Source: an uncultured Candidatus Rokubacteria bacterium (GTDB taxonomy: Bacteria; Methylomirabilota; Methylomirabilia; Rokubacteriales; DASRDR01). From it: DNA of 64,000 bases. Of this stretch, positions 9,405-19,457 are shown piece by piece (positions within the stretch are counted from its first letter, which is position 1; each line of letters opens with the position of its first letter). The notes beneath the pieces were generated by a model. It was not told the origin of the DNA and searched no databases. It saw only the letters and a program-made list of their open reading frames with translations. Made by a program: the position numbers and the translations under genes. The stretch lies in contig CAWDVE010000010.1 of the NCBI GenBank assembly GCA_963805625.1, positions 672,001 through 736,000 of the forward strand, given 5' to 3'.

Positions 9405-9926
9405 TCAGGGCTTGCCGAAGGTGGCCACCTTGTCGACCGCGCACTCGAAGAGCACCCGCCGCTCGTTGCGTGATGGGTCGCGCAGACCGTATGGCGGGGG
9501 CTGCTTGGTGTATTTGGTCCAGATCTTGTCGACCTGGGCGGTGACGCGAGAGCCTTCTCGCGGGTCGTCCTCCGAGACCTCGCGCGTGACCGTGCACTTG
9601 ATGCTGACCCAGTGGTAGGGGTTTGCCGGGTTCATCAGCAGGATCGTGAGTCGCGGATTCGTCCGGATCCACTGGACCTTCTTCCGGTGAGAGGCGACGT
9701 TCACGAGGACCGTCGAGCCGGAATAGTCGAACCACATGGGCGTCAGGTTCGGGCGGCCATCCTTCCCCTGCACCGCGAACACCGCTGTCACCGGCTCGTC
9801 CAGCAAGCGCTTGTACATCGGGTCGAGATGCTCGAGCGAGCCGATCCTGTCGTGCGACCCCACCGAGAACTGGTTCGGCTGCAGGCCGCTGGCCACATCG
9901 AGGAACCGCGCCACCGTGATCGCCAT
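9405..9926 (-). CDS. Pyridoxamine 5'-phosphate oxidase-like (PPOX, possibly F420-binding) protein
   Basis: DGRPNLTPMWF, RKKVQWIRTNPRLTILL, NPYHWVSI. Confidence 0.8.
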   Translation of the reverse strand: MAITVARFLDVASGLQPNQFSVGSHDRIGSLEHLDPMYKRLLDEPVTAVFAVQGKDGRPNLTPMWFDYSGSTVLVNVASHRKKVQWIRTNPRLTILLMNPANPYHWVSIKCTVTREVSEDDPREGSRVTAQVDKIWTKYTKQPPPYGLRDPSRNERRVLFECAVDKVATFGKP

Positions 9927-10254
9927 GGGCTTCTCCCTCTCCCCGTGCGACGGGTCCGTAATGAGCATCACGTTACCACCGAACTTCCGATCCTTCCGCC
10001 CTCCGCTCGACGAACACCCGCGCAAGCTCGCTTCGGCCGGAGAATGCCTTCACCGGGTCGTTCCCAGCCCGACCCCGAGCTTCGCTGTCCGGTCGGCCGG
10101 ATCCAAGCGCTCGCCGTGGCTCCAAAAGGTTGCGGCCAAGGTCCACCTGACTGGCTATGTGGTCGGAGTGCCACCGGAAAAGGCCGATGCTCCGGCCCAG
10201 ATCCTCGCCACATTCGGCGGCGGCGTCGACGCTTTCCGAAAGATCGCCCTCGCG

Positions 10255-10582
10255 ACGAGCTGATGACATCGCCCGGCTTGTACTGCTTCATGTCGCCGCT
10301 TTCCCGCAACTCCGTCAGCGTCCCTTCCAGGATGTACGCGAACTCCGGCCGGTTCTTGTGGCTGTGAAGGCCGGGCACGCCGGCGGGCTCGATCGTGATG
10401 GTTCGCAACCGAAGCTGGTAGCCCGGCATGTCAGGCGCTAGATCGATCGTGCTCACCACCTTCGCGTCCAGCCCTTTGTTGTCCTTCGGCGGGCTCTGCT
10501 GGCCGATGGCCGTCCCGAGCCCGATCCCGGCTACCAGCGTAAGCAACAAGGCCCCTAAGCGGAGAGACCGTCTTGCCGTCAT
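10255..10582 (-). pseudogene. Secreted cupin domain protein, 3'-truncated
   Basis: Signal peptide, LRLRTITIEPAG..GLHSH..RPEFAYILEG, then loss of homology after KPGDVISS. Confidence 0.7.
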
Positions 10583-11262
10583 GAGCGTCCTCCTTTGAGA
10601 TAGTTGGGTGGCGCCCACGCCTTCAACAAGGTTCGGGGGCCGTGGGGGAGAGGAATGGTGTCGTCATAGGGGGACACCTCGCCGGCGGTTGAATGCTGGC
10701 CTGGCTCGGGCGGCACTGGAGCGGATGCCACGGCGGCACATTCCCCGCGCGGGCCGCCCCGAAAGCGTGTCCCGAGGTCCGAAGTCTATCGCTCCCGACG
10801 TTCCGTCGAGAGCCCGGCTGGCGCCTCGGCCCCGGGCGCGGTAGGGTCGGGGGCGGTCCCCGCCCGGGTCACGACGGCCCCGGCGCCGCTCTTGATCCGA
10901 GCGGATCTGCGGAACGAGCAATAGGGCATGGTTGCTGAGCCGGAACAGCTAGGATGGGAGTTCTGGCTACAGTGGTTCGTGGCCACGCCGGTCGGCGTCG
11001 CAGTGGGTGCGGTAATGGCCGGAGTTCGCGATCTGAGTACGGTTCTAGCGACGGGCTCTGACTTCGGTCATTTGGTGTTCGGGGCTGGGCGGTGACTCGG
11101 CTGGGACTCGGGATCGGAGTTTGCCAGCGGTGGGTACTGCGGCGAGAGATCCCGACAATTCGCTTTTGGGTGTGGGCGGGCGCCAGTGGCCAGGCCATCG
11201 GCTTGTTCGCGAGGAATGCATCCCGCCCTCGGTGCTGGCGCGGGCGGACGAGGTGATCAGTA

Positions 11263-11586
11263 GTGCCTAACCGTGCCGAGTTGCCTCGCTGGGTGATCAT
11301 CGTGCGGTGTGACAAGCCTGGGCTCTGCGAACACCTACGCAACAGCTACGAGGGAGATGCCCGAGCGGAGGTGATCTTCGACCGGCGTCTGGCGGCCTCG
11401 ACGGAGATGCCCGTCGAGGCGGATGCGCGACGATCGGAGCGCAGAATTCGCGACCGGCGCGCTGCTGCGCAAGGCGATCGGCGCCAGGCGGCGCGACGTC
11501 AGCCCCTAACGCCCTCGCAGCATGCATTCTGGGTCACCGAGGGGTTCTTCATGGTCCGACGTGCGCCGGATGTACCGAGCGCATGA
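11263..11586 (+). CDS. Hypothetical protein with repeated (D/E)RR motifs
   Basis: RBS GAGGTG; IIVR..L.EHL...EVIFDRR..ERR..DRR..DRR; ATGA overlap with the next ORF. Confidence 0.6.
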   Translation: MPNRAELPRWVIIVRCDKPGLCEHLRNSYEGDARAEVIFDRRLAASTEMPVEADARRSERRIRDRRAAAQGDRRQAARRQPLTPSQHAFWVTEGFFMVRRAPDVPSA

Positions 11587-11864
11587 CTCCGCGGATCTGG
11601 CTTGACGCCGCCGGCCGACCTCGGCCGACTCTCGCCTGCTGGACCTGTGGCTGGGAGGTCGCGCCGATGCGATTCCGGGCCGACGACCCCCGGCCGTATG
11701 GGGGGCGGCCGCTCCAGACGCTTCACGTCCCCGACTGGTGCGGGTGCACGACGGAGTATCTCCCTGTGCCCGACGGTGCCGGCTGGTGGTGGCTCGTGTC
11801 GATGTGGGAACCTGGCCAGACGGTCAATCCTCTTCGCCGATACGAGCCGGCGGAGTCCCGGTGA
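11583..11864 (+). CDS. Small Cys/Trp-rich hypothetical protein (possible Zn ribbon)
   Basis: CWTC and WCGC motifs; translationally coupled on both sides. Confidence 0.55.
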   Translation: MTPRIWLDAAGRPRPTLACWTCGWEVAPMRFRADDPRPYGGRPLQTLHVPDWCGCTTEYLPVPDGAGWWWLVSMWEPGQTVNPLRRYEPAESR

Positions 11865-13012
11865 CGGCGACGACCCCCGGGACGCCCTTGCGCGTCGGAA
11901 TTTCGTTCGGCGCGCTCTACGGCGACCCGGCAGAGGTGGCTGCGCTGGGTGCCGAGGCAGAGGCCGGGGGGATCGAGATCCTTTGGGTCCCTGACTCCCC
12001 GATGATCTACCGGGACCCGTACGCCACGCTCGGGCTCCTTGCCGGGCAGACCCGACGGGTGGCGCTCGGGACGCTCGCGACGAACCCCGTGACCCGACAC
12101 CCGGCGGTCACGGCGACCGCAATCCTCACCATTCAGGAACTCTCGGGCGGCCGAGCCCGGCTCGGCATCGCCACCGGGGACTCGGCGGTGCGCCGGCTCG
12201 GCGTGCCGCCCGTCCCCGTCGCCGAGCTCGAGGGGGCTGTCCGCACGATCCGCGCCCTGCTGCGGGGCGGCCCGGCGCCGGGCGACGAGGGTGGCTTTTC
12301 GCTGCGCTTCGCGCGTCCGGCGGCGGCGCCCCCCGTCTACATCGTGGCGAGCGGCTCGCGGGCCCTCGAGGCGGCGGGCCGGGTCGCAGACGGGGTCGTG
12401 CTCAACGTGGGCGTCCACCCCGTGGTGCTCCGGGCCGCGCTCGAGCACGTCCGAGCGGGGGCTCGCTCGGCCGGCCGAAGGCCCGAGGAGGTGGCCGTCG
12501 TCGTCTTCGCGTTCTGTGCGATCGCGGACGACCGGACGACGGCGCGAATGCGGCTCAAGCCGAGCGTATCGTGGTTCTGTCAGCGGGTTCCATCGCTCAC
12601 TGAGGTCGCCGGCCTGCCGCTCGCGGAGCCGGTCCGGGCCGGGCTCCGCCGCTTTGACGCCGACTACGCGCGGTACGATCTCGTGCACGCGGAGGGGTGG
12701 GCCCTGGCGATGCGCGACGCGAGCTTCCTGCCGGACCCCTACGTGGACGCCTTCGCGCTTGGCGGCACCCCCGCCGATGTCACGGCCCAACTCCGCGGCC
12801 TTCAGACCCTGGGGATCCCCGAGATCGCGATCCGCCCGACCTGCCGCGAGGATTGGATGCCCACAGTGCGGGCCCTCGCGGCGTCGGTGGTCCCGGCCCT
12901 GCGCCGCCTCATCCCGAGCGCGGCCCCCGCGGCGTCATCTTCGGTCAGCGGAACCGCCAGGGATCACGCGCCAAGGACGGAACCAAAGGGTCCGAGCTCT
13001 TCCACTGCCTGA
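11861..13012 (+). CDS. LLM-class flavin/F420-dependent oxidoreductase (Mer-like)
   Basis: WVPDS, RDPY, TNPVTRHPAVTA, SGGRARLGIATGDS, AGRVADGV. C-terminal ~30 aa may be run-on. Confidence 0.85.
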   Translation: MTATTPGTPLRVGISFGALYGDPAEVAALGAEAEAGGIEILWVPDSPMIYRDPYATLGLLAGQTRRVALGTLATNPVTRHPAVTATAILTIQELSGGRARLGIATGDSAVRRLGVPPVPVAELEGAVRTIRALLRGGPAPGDEGGFSLRFARPAAAPPVYIVASGSRALEAAGRVADGVVLNVGVHPVVLRAALEHVRAGARSAGRRPEEVAVVVFAFCAIADDRTTARMRLKPSVSWFCQRVPSLTEVAGLPLAEPVRAGLRRFDADYARYDLVHAEGWALAMRDASFLPDPYVDAFALGGTPADVTAQLRGLQTLGIPEIAIRPTCREDWMPTVRALAASVVPALRRLIPSAAPAASSSVSGTARDHAPRTEPKGPSSSTA

Positions 13013-13049
13013 TCGCCCTTCGCTACTTCGGGGATGCGCGCCGAGAAGG

Positions 13050-13283
13050 TCTGCGTGAGGAGGCCGACTTCACCTAGGATCAGGATCGCGTGGCTGGCGC
13101 CAGTGCGCGACAGGAGGCCAGCGATCAGGACATCGGCGTCGAGGCAGACCGCGACCGGCTCAGTCTTCCCGGTCGGGGCCACCAAGATCTTTCAGCGACA
13201 GCTTCCGGGCTCGCCGCAAACGCTCCATCTCCGCGGCAAGCCGTGGCACGACCAGGAACCGTGGGCTGAGTAGGACGGCGCCG
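13050..13283 (-). pseudogene. Toxin-antitoxin remnant: antitoxin-like C-terminus plus N-terminus of a PIN-domain toxin
   Basis: VCLDADVLIAGLLSRTGASHAIL (PIN N-terminal motif), preceded by overlapping ...PRLAAEMERLRRARKLSLKDL. Confidence 0.6.
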
Positions 13284-13284
13284 T

Positions 13285-13801
13285 GCTGGATCTCATCCGG
13301 GGCGTTCGGGTCGACCTCGCGTGCCGAGTCCCAGTAGGCGCGGAGCATGGTCATGCCGCCCGTGAAATCCCACACGCACGCGGCGACCGTGCCTCCATCG
13401 CGTGTGACGCGCATCATCTCTCCCAAAGCGGCGGCCGGATCGTCGACGAAGTGGAAGACGAGCTGCGCCAGCGCACGGTCGAAGCTCCGGTCGGCGAAGG
13501 GGAGCGCCTCGGCGGGCCCGACCCGGACGTCCGCGCCGGGAACATTCGCACGGCACTGGGCAACGAACGGCTCGGACGGGTCGGCGGCGGCAACGTGATC
13601 AGGGCCGATGAGCTCGGCCAGGACCGAGGTCAGCGCACCCGTCCCGCAGCCGACGTCGACGACCCGCTCGCCCGCTGCGACACCCGTGGCCCGGGCGAAC
13701 TCGTGCGCGAGCGGCCGGCTGTAGCGGCCCATGAAGCGCTCGTAGGCGTCGGCTTTCTGGAAGAGAACCTGATCAGAGCCGGGCGAGGTCATCGGGTGCA
13801 T
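13285..13801 (-). pseudogene. Class I SAM-dependent methyltransferase, C-terminally truncated
   Basis: YERFMGRYS, VDVGCGTG, AEALPF, ACVWD; homology ends after APDE. Confidence 0.75.
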
Positions 13802-13834
13802 GAGCCCACCTCTCGGATATCCATGCGATAGAAC

Positions 13835-14510
13835 CTACGCCTTGATGGGGGGCCGGACAGGCAGAACCGCAAGGTCTTTCCAGCCGATCGGAGCCCCCGC
13901 CTCCTGCGACGCCACCTCGGCCGGCTTTGTGGCGTCCCACCGGATGCCGAGGAAGCGACGTCCCGTGACATCATTCGCTTCGTCCGAACACAGCCAGTAC
14001 ACCGGGGGCAGTATCACATCGGGAGGCAGGAGTTCCTCGCGGCGGAAGGGAGCTTGCGAAGGAATCATCGGCGTGTTGACGACGCCCCCCGGGATCACCA
14101 CGTTTGTGGTGACACCCGTCCCTTCGAGGTCGGCCGCCATCACCGCGCTGAGTGCTTCCGCGGAGGCCTTGCTTGGGCCATACGGCGTCCAGCCGCCCCT
14201 GAGCATGGTTCCCAAGCTCGTCGTGAGGTTGATAATTCGGCCCCAGCGTCTCTCGATCATCGGCATTACCAGTTCACGGCTCAACAGGAAGACGGCCGTC
14301 GCATTGACGGCGATCGCGCGCTGCCACTGCTGTGGCGTGACCTCGTAGAACTTCGGAGAGTGTATGTGGTAGTCGGGGCACTTGGCCCTGGCCGATGCCG
14401 GCATTGTTGATCAGGATGTCGACATGTCCGAACGGCTCGAGGACTTGTGACGAGAGCGCGGCTGCGTCGAAGTGAGTGAGATCTGCCCGCACGGTGGCCA
14501 GACTGGTTCC
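13835..14510 (-). pseudogene. SDR family oxidoreductase, frameshifted and N-terminally truncated
   Basis: DILINNAG in one frame; GRIINLTT and YGPSK (YxxxK) in another; no TGxxxGxG. Confidence 0.8.
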
Positions 14511-14670
14511 ATGCGGCCACGGGCGTCGAGGTGCTCGCCCGGGATCGATCGGGCTCGCTCGGCTCGGTTCATCACAACCCACCCCGACGCTTGAGCCGAG
14601 CCGTCTTGACGTCGACTCCCGACATCACCATGCTGGCCACATCGGCCCAGATCATACAAGGAGCCCCGCG

Positions 14671-15297
14671 ATGAATCAGCAGCGGCTGTCCATGCACCTC
14701 GGCGAGGCGATCTTCTCCCAGCGGTCGGTGCGGAACTTCAGGCCCGACCCCATCCCTGTGGAGGACCTGCACTTGATCATGGAAGCCGCGGTCAGGGCGC
14801 CCAACGGGGGGAACAGCCAGCCAGGCCGGTTCCTCATCGTCACCGACCGGCGGAAGATCCAGGAGTTCGGCAAGCTCTACCACGAGGCGTGGTGGGCCAA
14901 GCGCCGTGACGAGAAGCGAGGCTGGACGAAGCGGGAGGATATCCCGCCGGAGGAGAAGAGCTACCGCGCGGCGGCAGAGCTCGCCGACACCATCGGGCAG
15001 GTGCCGGCCGTCGTGTTTGCCTTCACGCAGCCGCCCGGCGGGGCCAACTCGGTCCTTCCCGCCTGCCAGAACCTCATGCTGGCCGCGGGCGCGCTTGGCA
15101 TCGGCTCCATCCCCACCACGCTGCATCCCCAGGTCATGGAGCGCTTCCACTCGCTGTTCGACATCCCGAAGGAGATGGCCTTCCACTTCTGCATCCCGCT
15201 CGGCTACCCGGCGGTGAAGTACGGGCCGTCGAGGCGCCGACCGACAGCGGAAACGACGTATCTGGACCGATGGGGCGGCCAGGTGCCGTGGGCCTGA
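14671..15297 (+). CDS. Nitroreductase family protein
   Basis: QRSVRNF.PDP, APNGGNSQP, ACQNLMLAA.ALGIGS, IPLGYP. RBS AGGAG. Confidence 0.9.
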   Translation: MNQQRLSMHLGEAIFSQRSVRNFRPDPIPVEDLHLIMEAAVRAPNGGNSQPGRFLIVTDRRKIQEFGKLYHEAWWAKRRDEKRGWTKREDIPPEEKSYRAAAELADTIGQVPAVVFAFTQPPGGANSVLPACQNLMLAAGALGIGSIPTTLHPQVMERFHSLFDIPKEMAFHFCIPLGYPAVKYGPSRRRPTAETTYLDRWGGQVPWA

Positions 15298-15344
15298 TCG
15301 GGCACGACGCCCGGCCGGAGGGCTGACCGGGCTCGTCGCCCCTG

Positions 15345-16355
15345 TTACGCGAGCGGCAGGATCGACTGGACTTGGGGCAGCCCACGGGCCAGCCGCGTCC
15401 ACTGCGCGTCGGGCCGCACGCGCCAGAGCTCGCCGGTGTCGGTGCCCACCAGCACGCCGCCCTTCATCTCGGGATCGGCGGTGACGGCGTGGATCTGGGC
15501 TGCCGACGGCGAGTGATCGGCGTCGCCCAGCGAACGCCAGCTCTCGCCGCCGTCAGTCGACTGGAGCAGCATGGCGCGGGCGCCGCCGGCGTCCTTGTAG
15601 CTCGAGAAAGCCGTGGGCGACGCGCCGACAGTCACCGCGTGCGGCGGCCGCGGGTCGATGCAGAGAGGACGCGTGTAGGGCGGGGTCATGCCGGACCATT
15701 GGTAGCGCCAGGTCTTGCCATGGTCGTCAGAGCGAAACATCCCGGCGATGCGCTTCGCCATCGGCTCGCTCTGGTCGATGCGCCCGAACCCGGTGGACGC
15801 AAACAGCACGCCAGGCTCATCGGGCTTGGCCACGATGTTGTGGAGATCGGGATTGCCGCCGGGCAGGGTGAACGTCCACGAGCGGCCGCCGTCCTCCGTG
15901 AGCATCATGCCGCCCACCTCGACGCCGACGCACCAGCGGTCGGGATTCTGGCGATCGATCACGATCGTCCGCGCGCGGGCGGGCCGCGGCGGATTGAGCG
16001 GCACGCACCACTGGTCGAATCCCGGCGCCCGCCGAAACGCGGCGATCTCGGTCCACGACGCTCCGGCGTCGCGCGAGAGGAAGATGCCGGCGGGCTCGGT
16101 GACCGCATAGAGCGTCTCCGCATCGCCGGGAGCCGCCGTCACATCCCAGACCTCGCGGTCGCCGATCCCGCTTCCCTGCCAGGTTCGCCCACCGTCCGCC
16201 GAGCGGAAGATTCCGGCGGTCGACCCGGCCAGGCACTGTTCTTTCACGCGCGAAAGGTGACGGACGCTCGGGCCCGTCAGGCTCGGCGACGATCCGCTGT
16301 CAGCCGCGTCCACCACAAAGATCCCCTGCGCCGTCCCGACGATCGCGATCTTCAT
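15345..16355 (-). CDS. BNR/Asp-box repeat beta-propeller protein
   Basis: Five SxDxGxxW-type motifs (SADGGRTW, SRDAGASW, TEDGGRSW, SDDHGKTW, STDGGESW). RBS GGAGGT. Confidence 0.85.
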   Translation of the reverse strand: MKIAIVGTAQGIFVVDAADSGSSPSLTGPSVRHLSRVKEQCLAGSTAGIFRSADGGRTWQGSGIGDREVWDVTAAPGDAETLYAVTEPAGIFLSRDAGASWTEIAAFRRAPGFDQWCVPLNPPRPARARTIVIDRQNPDRWCVGVEVGGMMLTEDGGRSWTFTLPGGNPDLHNIVAKPDEPGVLFASTGFGRIDQSEPMAKRIAGMFRSDDHGKTWRYQWSGMTPPYTRPLCIDPRPPHAVTVGASPTAFSSYKDAGGARAMLLQSTDGGESWRSLGDADHSPSAAQIHAVTADPEMKGGVLVGTDTGELWRVRPDAQWTRLARGLPQVQSILPLA

Positions 16356-16504
16356 GCGATACCTCCGATGAGCGAGACGTCCACGCCACTTCGCAACCCC
16401 TGGGCTGGCGGACGAAGCCACTCGTGGCCACTCGAATCGAGACTACGCGGCCGGCTTGTCCGGCGTCAAGGACGTTTGCGGTGAGCGGCGCCATCGCCCA
16501 CGAA

Positions 16505-16538
16505 TCGATACACCGTGACGCTCGATACACCGTGACGC
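16505..16538. repeat. 17-bp tandem direct repeat (TCGATACACCGTGACGC x2)
   Basis: Perfect copies at 16505-16521 and 16522-16538. Confidence 0.75.
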
Positions 16539-16578
16539 GGGCCGGCGCGTCCGCCGGCCACGATGCGCAGGCTTCCTC

Positions 16579-16695
16579 TCACCCCACGCCCAGCATCGGC
16601 TCCGGAACGGGCAGTCCTTGCAGTACCAGCCCGGATTCGGGTGGAAGACCCCAGCCTCGATCGCGCGGAGGACCTCAGCGACCATCCGGAAGGAA
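16579..16695 (-). pseudogene. C-terminal remnant of a PD-(D/E)XK (RecB/Cas4-like) nuclease
   Basis: VLRAIEAGVFHPNPGWYCKDCPFRSRCW (F-x-P-x-P...CxxCPF-xx-C Fe-S staple motif). Confidence 0.65.
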
Positions 16696-16743
16696 CATTC
16701 CCAACACAAAAGGCACCCTGTGTGGTGCCTTCCAATTTCATGC

Positions 16744-17283
16744 TCAACATGAGCGGCCTCTGCACCTGAAGGCCTCGGCGTATTGCGGGTCGCGCTTGAT
16801 TGCTTCGTCGTAGTCTGCAAGCGCGCGAGTGTAATCACCTATGTCTCGATACGCGTTGCCGCGATTCGTATAGATCAGGGCATGCGTGGAATCGAGTCGA
16901 AGGGCTTCGTCAAAGTCGGCGATCGCACGGTCCCACTGGCCCCTGGCACGATAGACGTTGCCGCGGTTGTTATGGGCCTTGAAATCGGTCGGATTGAGAC
17001 GAATCGCCACGGTGTAATCTGCGAGCGCCGAATCGAAGTCATTCCTGTCTTGGTAAGCGAGGCCTCGATTGTAATGGGCGTGGGCGACGTGTGGGTCACC
17101 ACTTCGCGCGTGGTTGATGTACACCGTACAGCCTCGGATGGCGCGATCCGGATCTCTCGGTTTTGTCTGGATGCAATCGGTTCGCGCTCTTCTGACGGTT
17201 GAGTCCTCACACGCCGCCGCCAGGCACAGCGCTGCGCCGAGCGTCAGCAGCCGATGCGTCGACCGCTTCAATCTCACCATCAT
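16744..17283 (-). CDS. Tetratricopeptide repeat lipoprotein (lower GC, probably 3'-truncated)
   Basis: Lipobox-like LAAAC; repeated A..NRG.AY...A.ADY..AI.L.P units. Confidence 0.8.
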   Translation of the reverse strand: MMVRLKRSTHRLLTLGAALCLAAACEDSTVRRARTDCIQTKPRDPDRAIRGCTVYINHARSGDPHVAHAHYNRGLAYQDRNDFDSALADYTVAIRLNPTDFKAHNNRGNVYRARGQWDRAIADFDEALRLDSTHALIYTNRGNAYRDIGDYTRALADYDEAIKRDPQYAEAFRCRGRSC

Positions 17284-17712
17284 ATTGACCTGTCATCAAC
17301 CAGCGCCCCCTCACACCTCACGAGTGTGGCTGTAGGCGGCGTACCGGGCGTGGCGGCCAGCCCGGTCGACGTAGCGCGATGCGGCCGGTGGAGATCGGCC
17401 CGGGCTGGCCCGTCGGGGCCGCCACCGTCGCCGTGCTCACCGGACCGGACACATCCCGGACGCTGGCGAAGGCATCTGCCCGGCCCCACGCCTCGGGCGT
17501 GGTCGCTGCTACCGTGTAGCCGGGAAACCGCGTCTCCGCATACAGGTGTCGTACAGTGCCTGCCGCTGTTTTTGAATCCTAGGTCTTTTGAGGAGGGCGT
17601 ATGCCTGCACGCCGGCGCTTCGCGGGGCGTACACACCGCGATCGGCATCGACGGAAGACGGCCCCCGAAGGAGATCAGCCGGCCAGGAGGGATACCCGGG
17701 TGGAGTCGGTCC

Positions 17713-17752
17713 TTGACAGATTGCTGTAGTGTACTAGTATAGCCATACAGTA
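17713..17752 (+). promoter_or_regulatory. Sigma70 promoter with GntR/YtrA-type operator
   Basis: TTGACA at 17713 followed by GTGTACTAGTATAGCCATACAGTA, directly upstream of the GntR remnant. Confidence 0.6.
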
Positions 17753-17766
17753 TGGGAGTGGCATCG

Positions 17767-17965
17767 ATGCACCAGCGAGTGGACACGCATAGCCCAATCC
17801 CGATCCGCTGGCAATTGACGGCGCCGCGCAACCACGGCACCGAGGGCGGCCGCGCCACGCGAAACCCGGCCCTGCCGAGCATCCGGGAGCTGGCCGGCCT
17901 CCTCGACATCACTCCCAATACGCGCGTGCGCGCCATCGAGGATCTCAAGCGGAGTGGGTACCGGC
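17767..17965 (+). pseudogene. GntR (YtrA-like) regulator, degenerate HTH fragment
   Basis: VDTHSPIPIRWQL...LPSIRELAGLLDITPNT.VRAIEDLKRSGY. Confidence 0.7.
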
Positions 17966-18158
17966 CGCTTCTCCCCCTGACGGCCGCCGCGCCCTCCTCC
18001 ATCCCGAGGGTGCCCGGGCCCAGGGCGCCGCGTGGGAGACGCTGGCTTCCGTCAACGGGTCGGGGAGGCTCCGCGGGCTGATCAAGAGTCCGTTCGCGGC
18101 GCGCCATGAGGGCGGACATCGGGCCCTATCGGAAATCCCGACTCAGGAGGTCCTGTCC

Positions 18159-18509
18159 ATGAAACTCGAGACTGCAGCGAAGATCAAGTATGGCGTGTGG
18201 GGTCTGATTTGTGGGGCAGTCCTCGCCATGATCATCGGCTTTGCGTGGGGTGGCTGGACCACCTTCAGCACGACCAAAACGAGGACCCAAGAGGCGGTCG
18301 TGGCCAGTCAGGCGGCGATCTGCGTCGCCCAATTCATGAAGGAACCGAACCATGAAGCGAAACTCAAGGAGCTCTCGGACCTCGGGAGCTGGCAGAGAGC
18401 GGAAGCCATCGAAAAGGGGGGCTGGGACAAGATGCCTGGGCAAGACAAGGGTGATTATGCGGTCGCCCGGGGATGTGCCGATGGGCTTGAGCTGCTCTTC
18501 AAGAAATGA
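18159..18509 (+). CDS. Conserved hypothetical membrane-anchored protein
   Basis: RBS AGGAGG; TM segment GAVLAMIIGFAWGGW; ICVAQF...VARGCA. Confidence 0.75.
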   Translation: MKLETAAKIKYGVWGLICGAVLAMIIGFAWGGWTTFSTTKTRTQEAVVASQAAICVAQFMKEPNHEAKLKELSDLGSWQRAEAIEKGGWDKMPGQDKGDYAVARGCADGLELLFKK

Positions 18510-18558
18510 GCGCGTCGACCGCACCATGGTATCGGCGCCGTCTGCATCGCTGACGTGT

Positions 18559-19267
18559 TCAGGGTCGCCTCGCGACGTCACTCCCCGCGCGATCTTTCGC
18601 GATCGAGATGCCTTCGATATAGAGAACAAAGCCGAGTGCTCGAGCTTTCTCCAAGTCTGACGTCTTGATCCGATACACGTTCATCGTGCCCGTCGACGCG
18701 CCGCACATCCGCGGGTGTTGAATTCCGTCCGATTTCTTCGCCTGTGCCTCGACGGCGATGCTCGCGGCACGCAACTCCTTCTCCATTTGCTCCAGGGACA
18801 CGGGTTGACCCATTTCACATTGCAGGCTCCCGTCATACTTCGCGACGTCGATTGAGGGACTGTCATACACCCAGGACTGAAATCTCTTGACTCCCTGTGG
18901 GTCACCCGGTATTCGCGGCAAATCATCCTTCGCAATCTCATAGACGTTCGCGATGCCGGTCGGGGCTCCACACAGGGCCATGATGAAACCCGGCACGACT
19001 CGCTTCTCGCTTGAGAGGACTGTGATTGTTGACGGCCGTGAGCTCCTTCGCCATGTCATCCAGGGGCACGGCCTGCCCCATTCCGCATTGAAGGCCGCCA
19101 TCGTACCGGAATACCCGGACGGTGTCGGCCGACAATCCCGGCCCAGTCATCACGACCGTGAATCCTGCCGCCAGGGTAGCGAGTCGCCAGGTTCGCTTCG
19201 CGTTCCATCCTCCCGGTGAAGTTGTCGACGAACTCTTGCAATGCCCCCACGGCATCCTCAGGTCCAA
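18559..19267 (-). pseudogene. Secreted protein with two tandem YDGxxQC...CGAxTG domains, frameshifted near 19030
   Basis: Signal-like N-terminus; RYDGGLQCGMG..CGAPTG..NVYEI and KYDGSLQCEMG..CGASTG..NVYRI split over two frames. Confidence 0.65.
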
Positions 19268-19457
19268 CGGGATACGAATCCATGTTCGCAGACCAGCACC
19301 ATGATCGACCGCCCTGGGAGCCGAGACGAACCGGTCGCGCCGACCGGCGAAGTCCGCCGGGCCCGGGCCGCCACCTTATGCCGTCTTGGCTCCATCGCGT
19401 GGGTCGCTAGCCCGCGTGCGCCGGTGCGGGGCCGGGGGATCCATGCCCGCTGTCCCT

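Noticed and set aside
10928-11200. Possible membrane protein (GWEFWLQW...GVCQRWVLRR)
   Set aside because: Broken across frames with a stop; too degenerate to call confidently.
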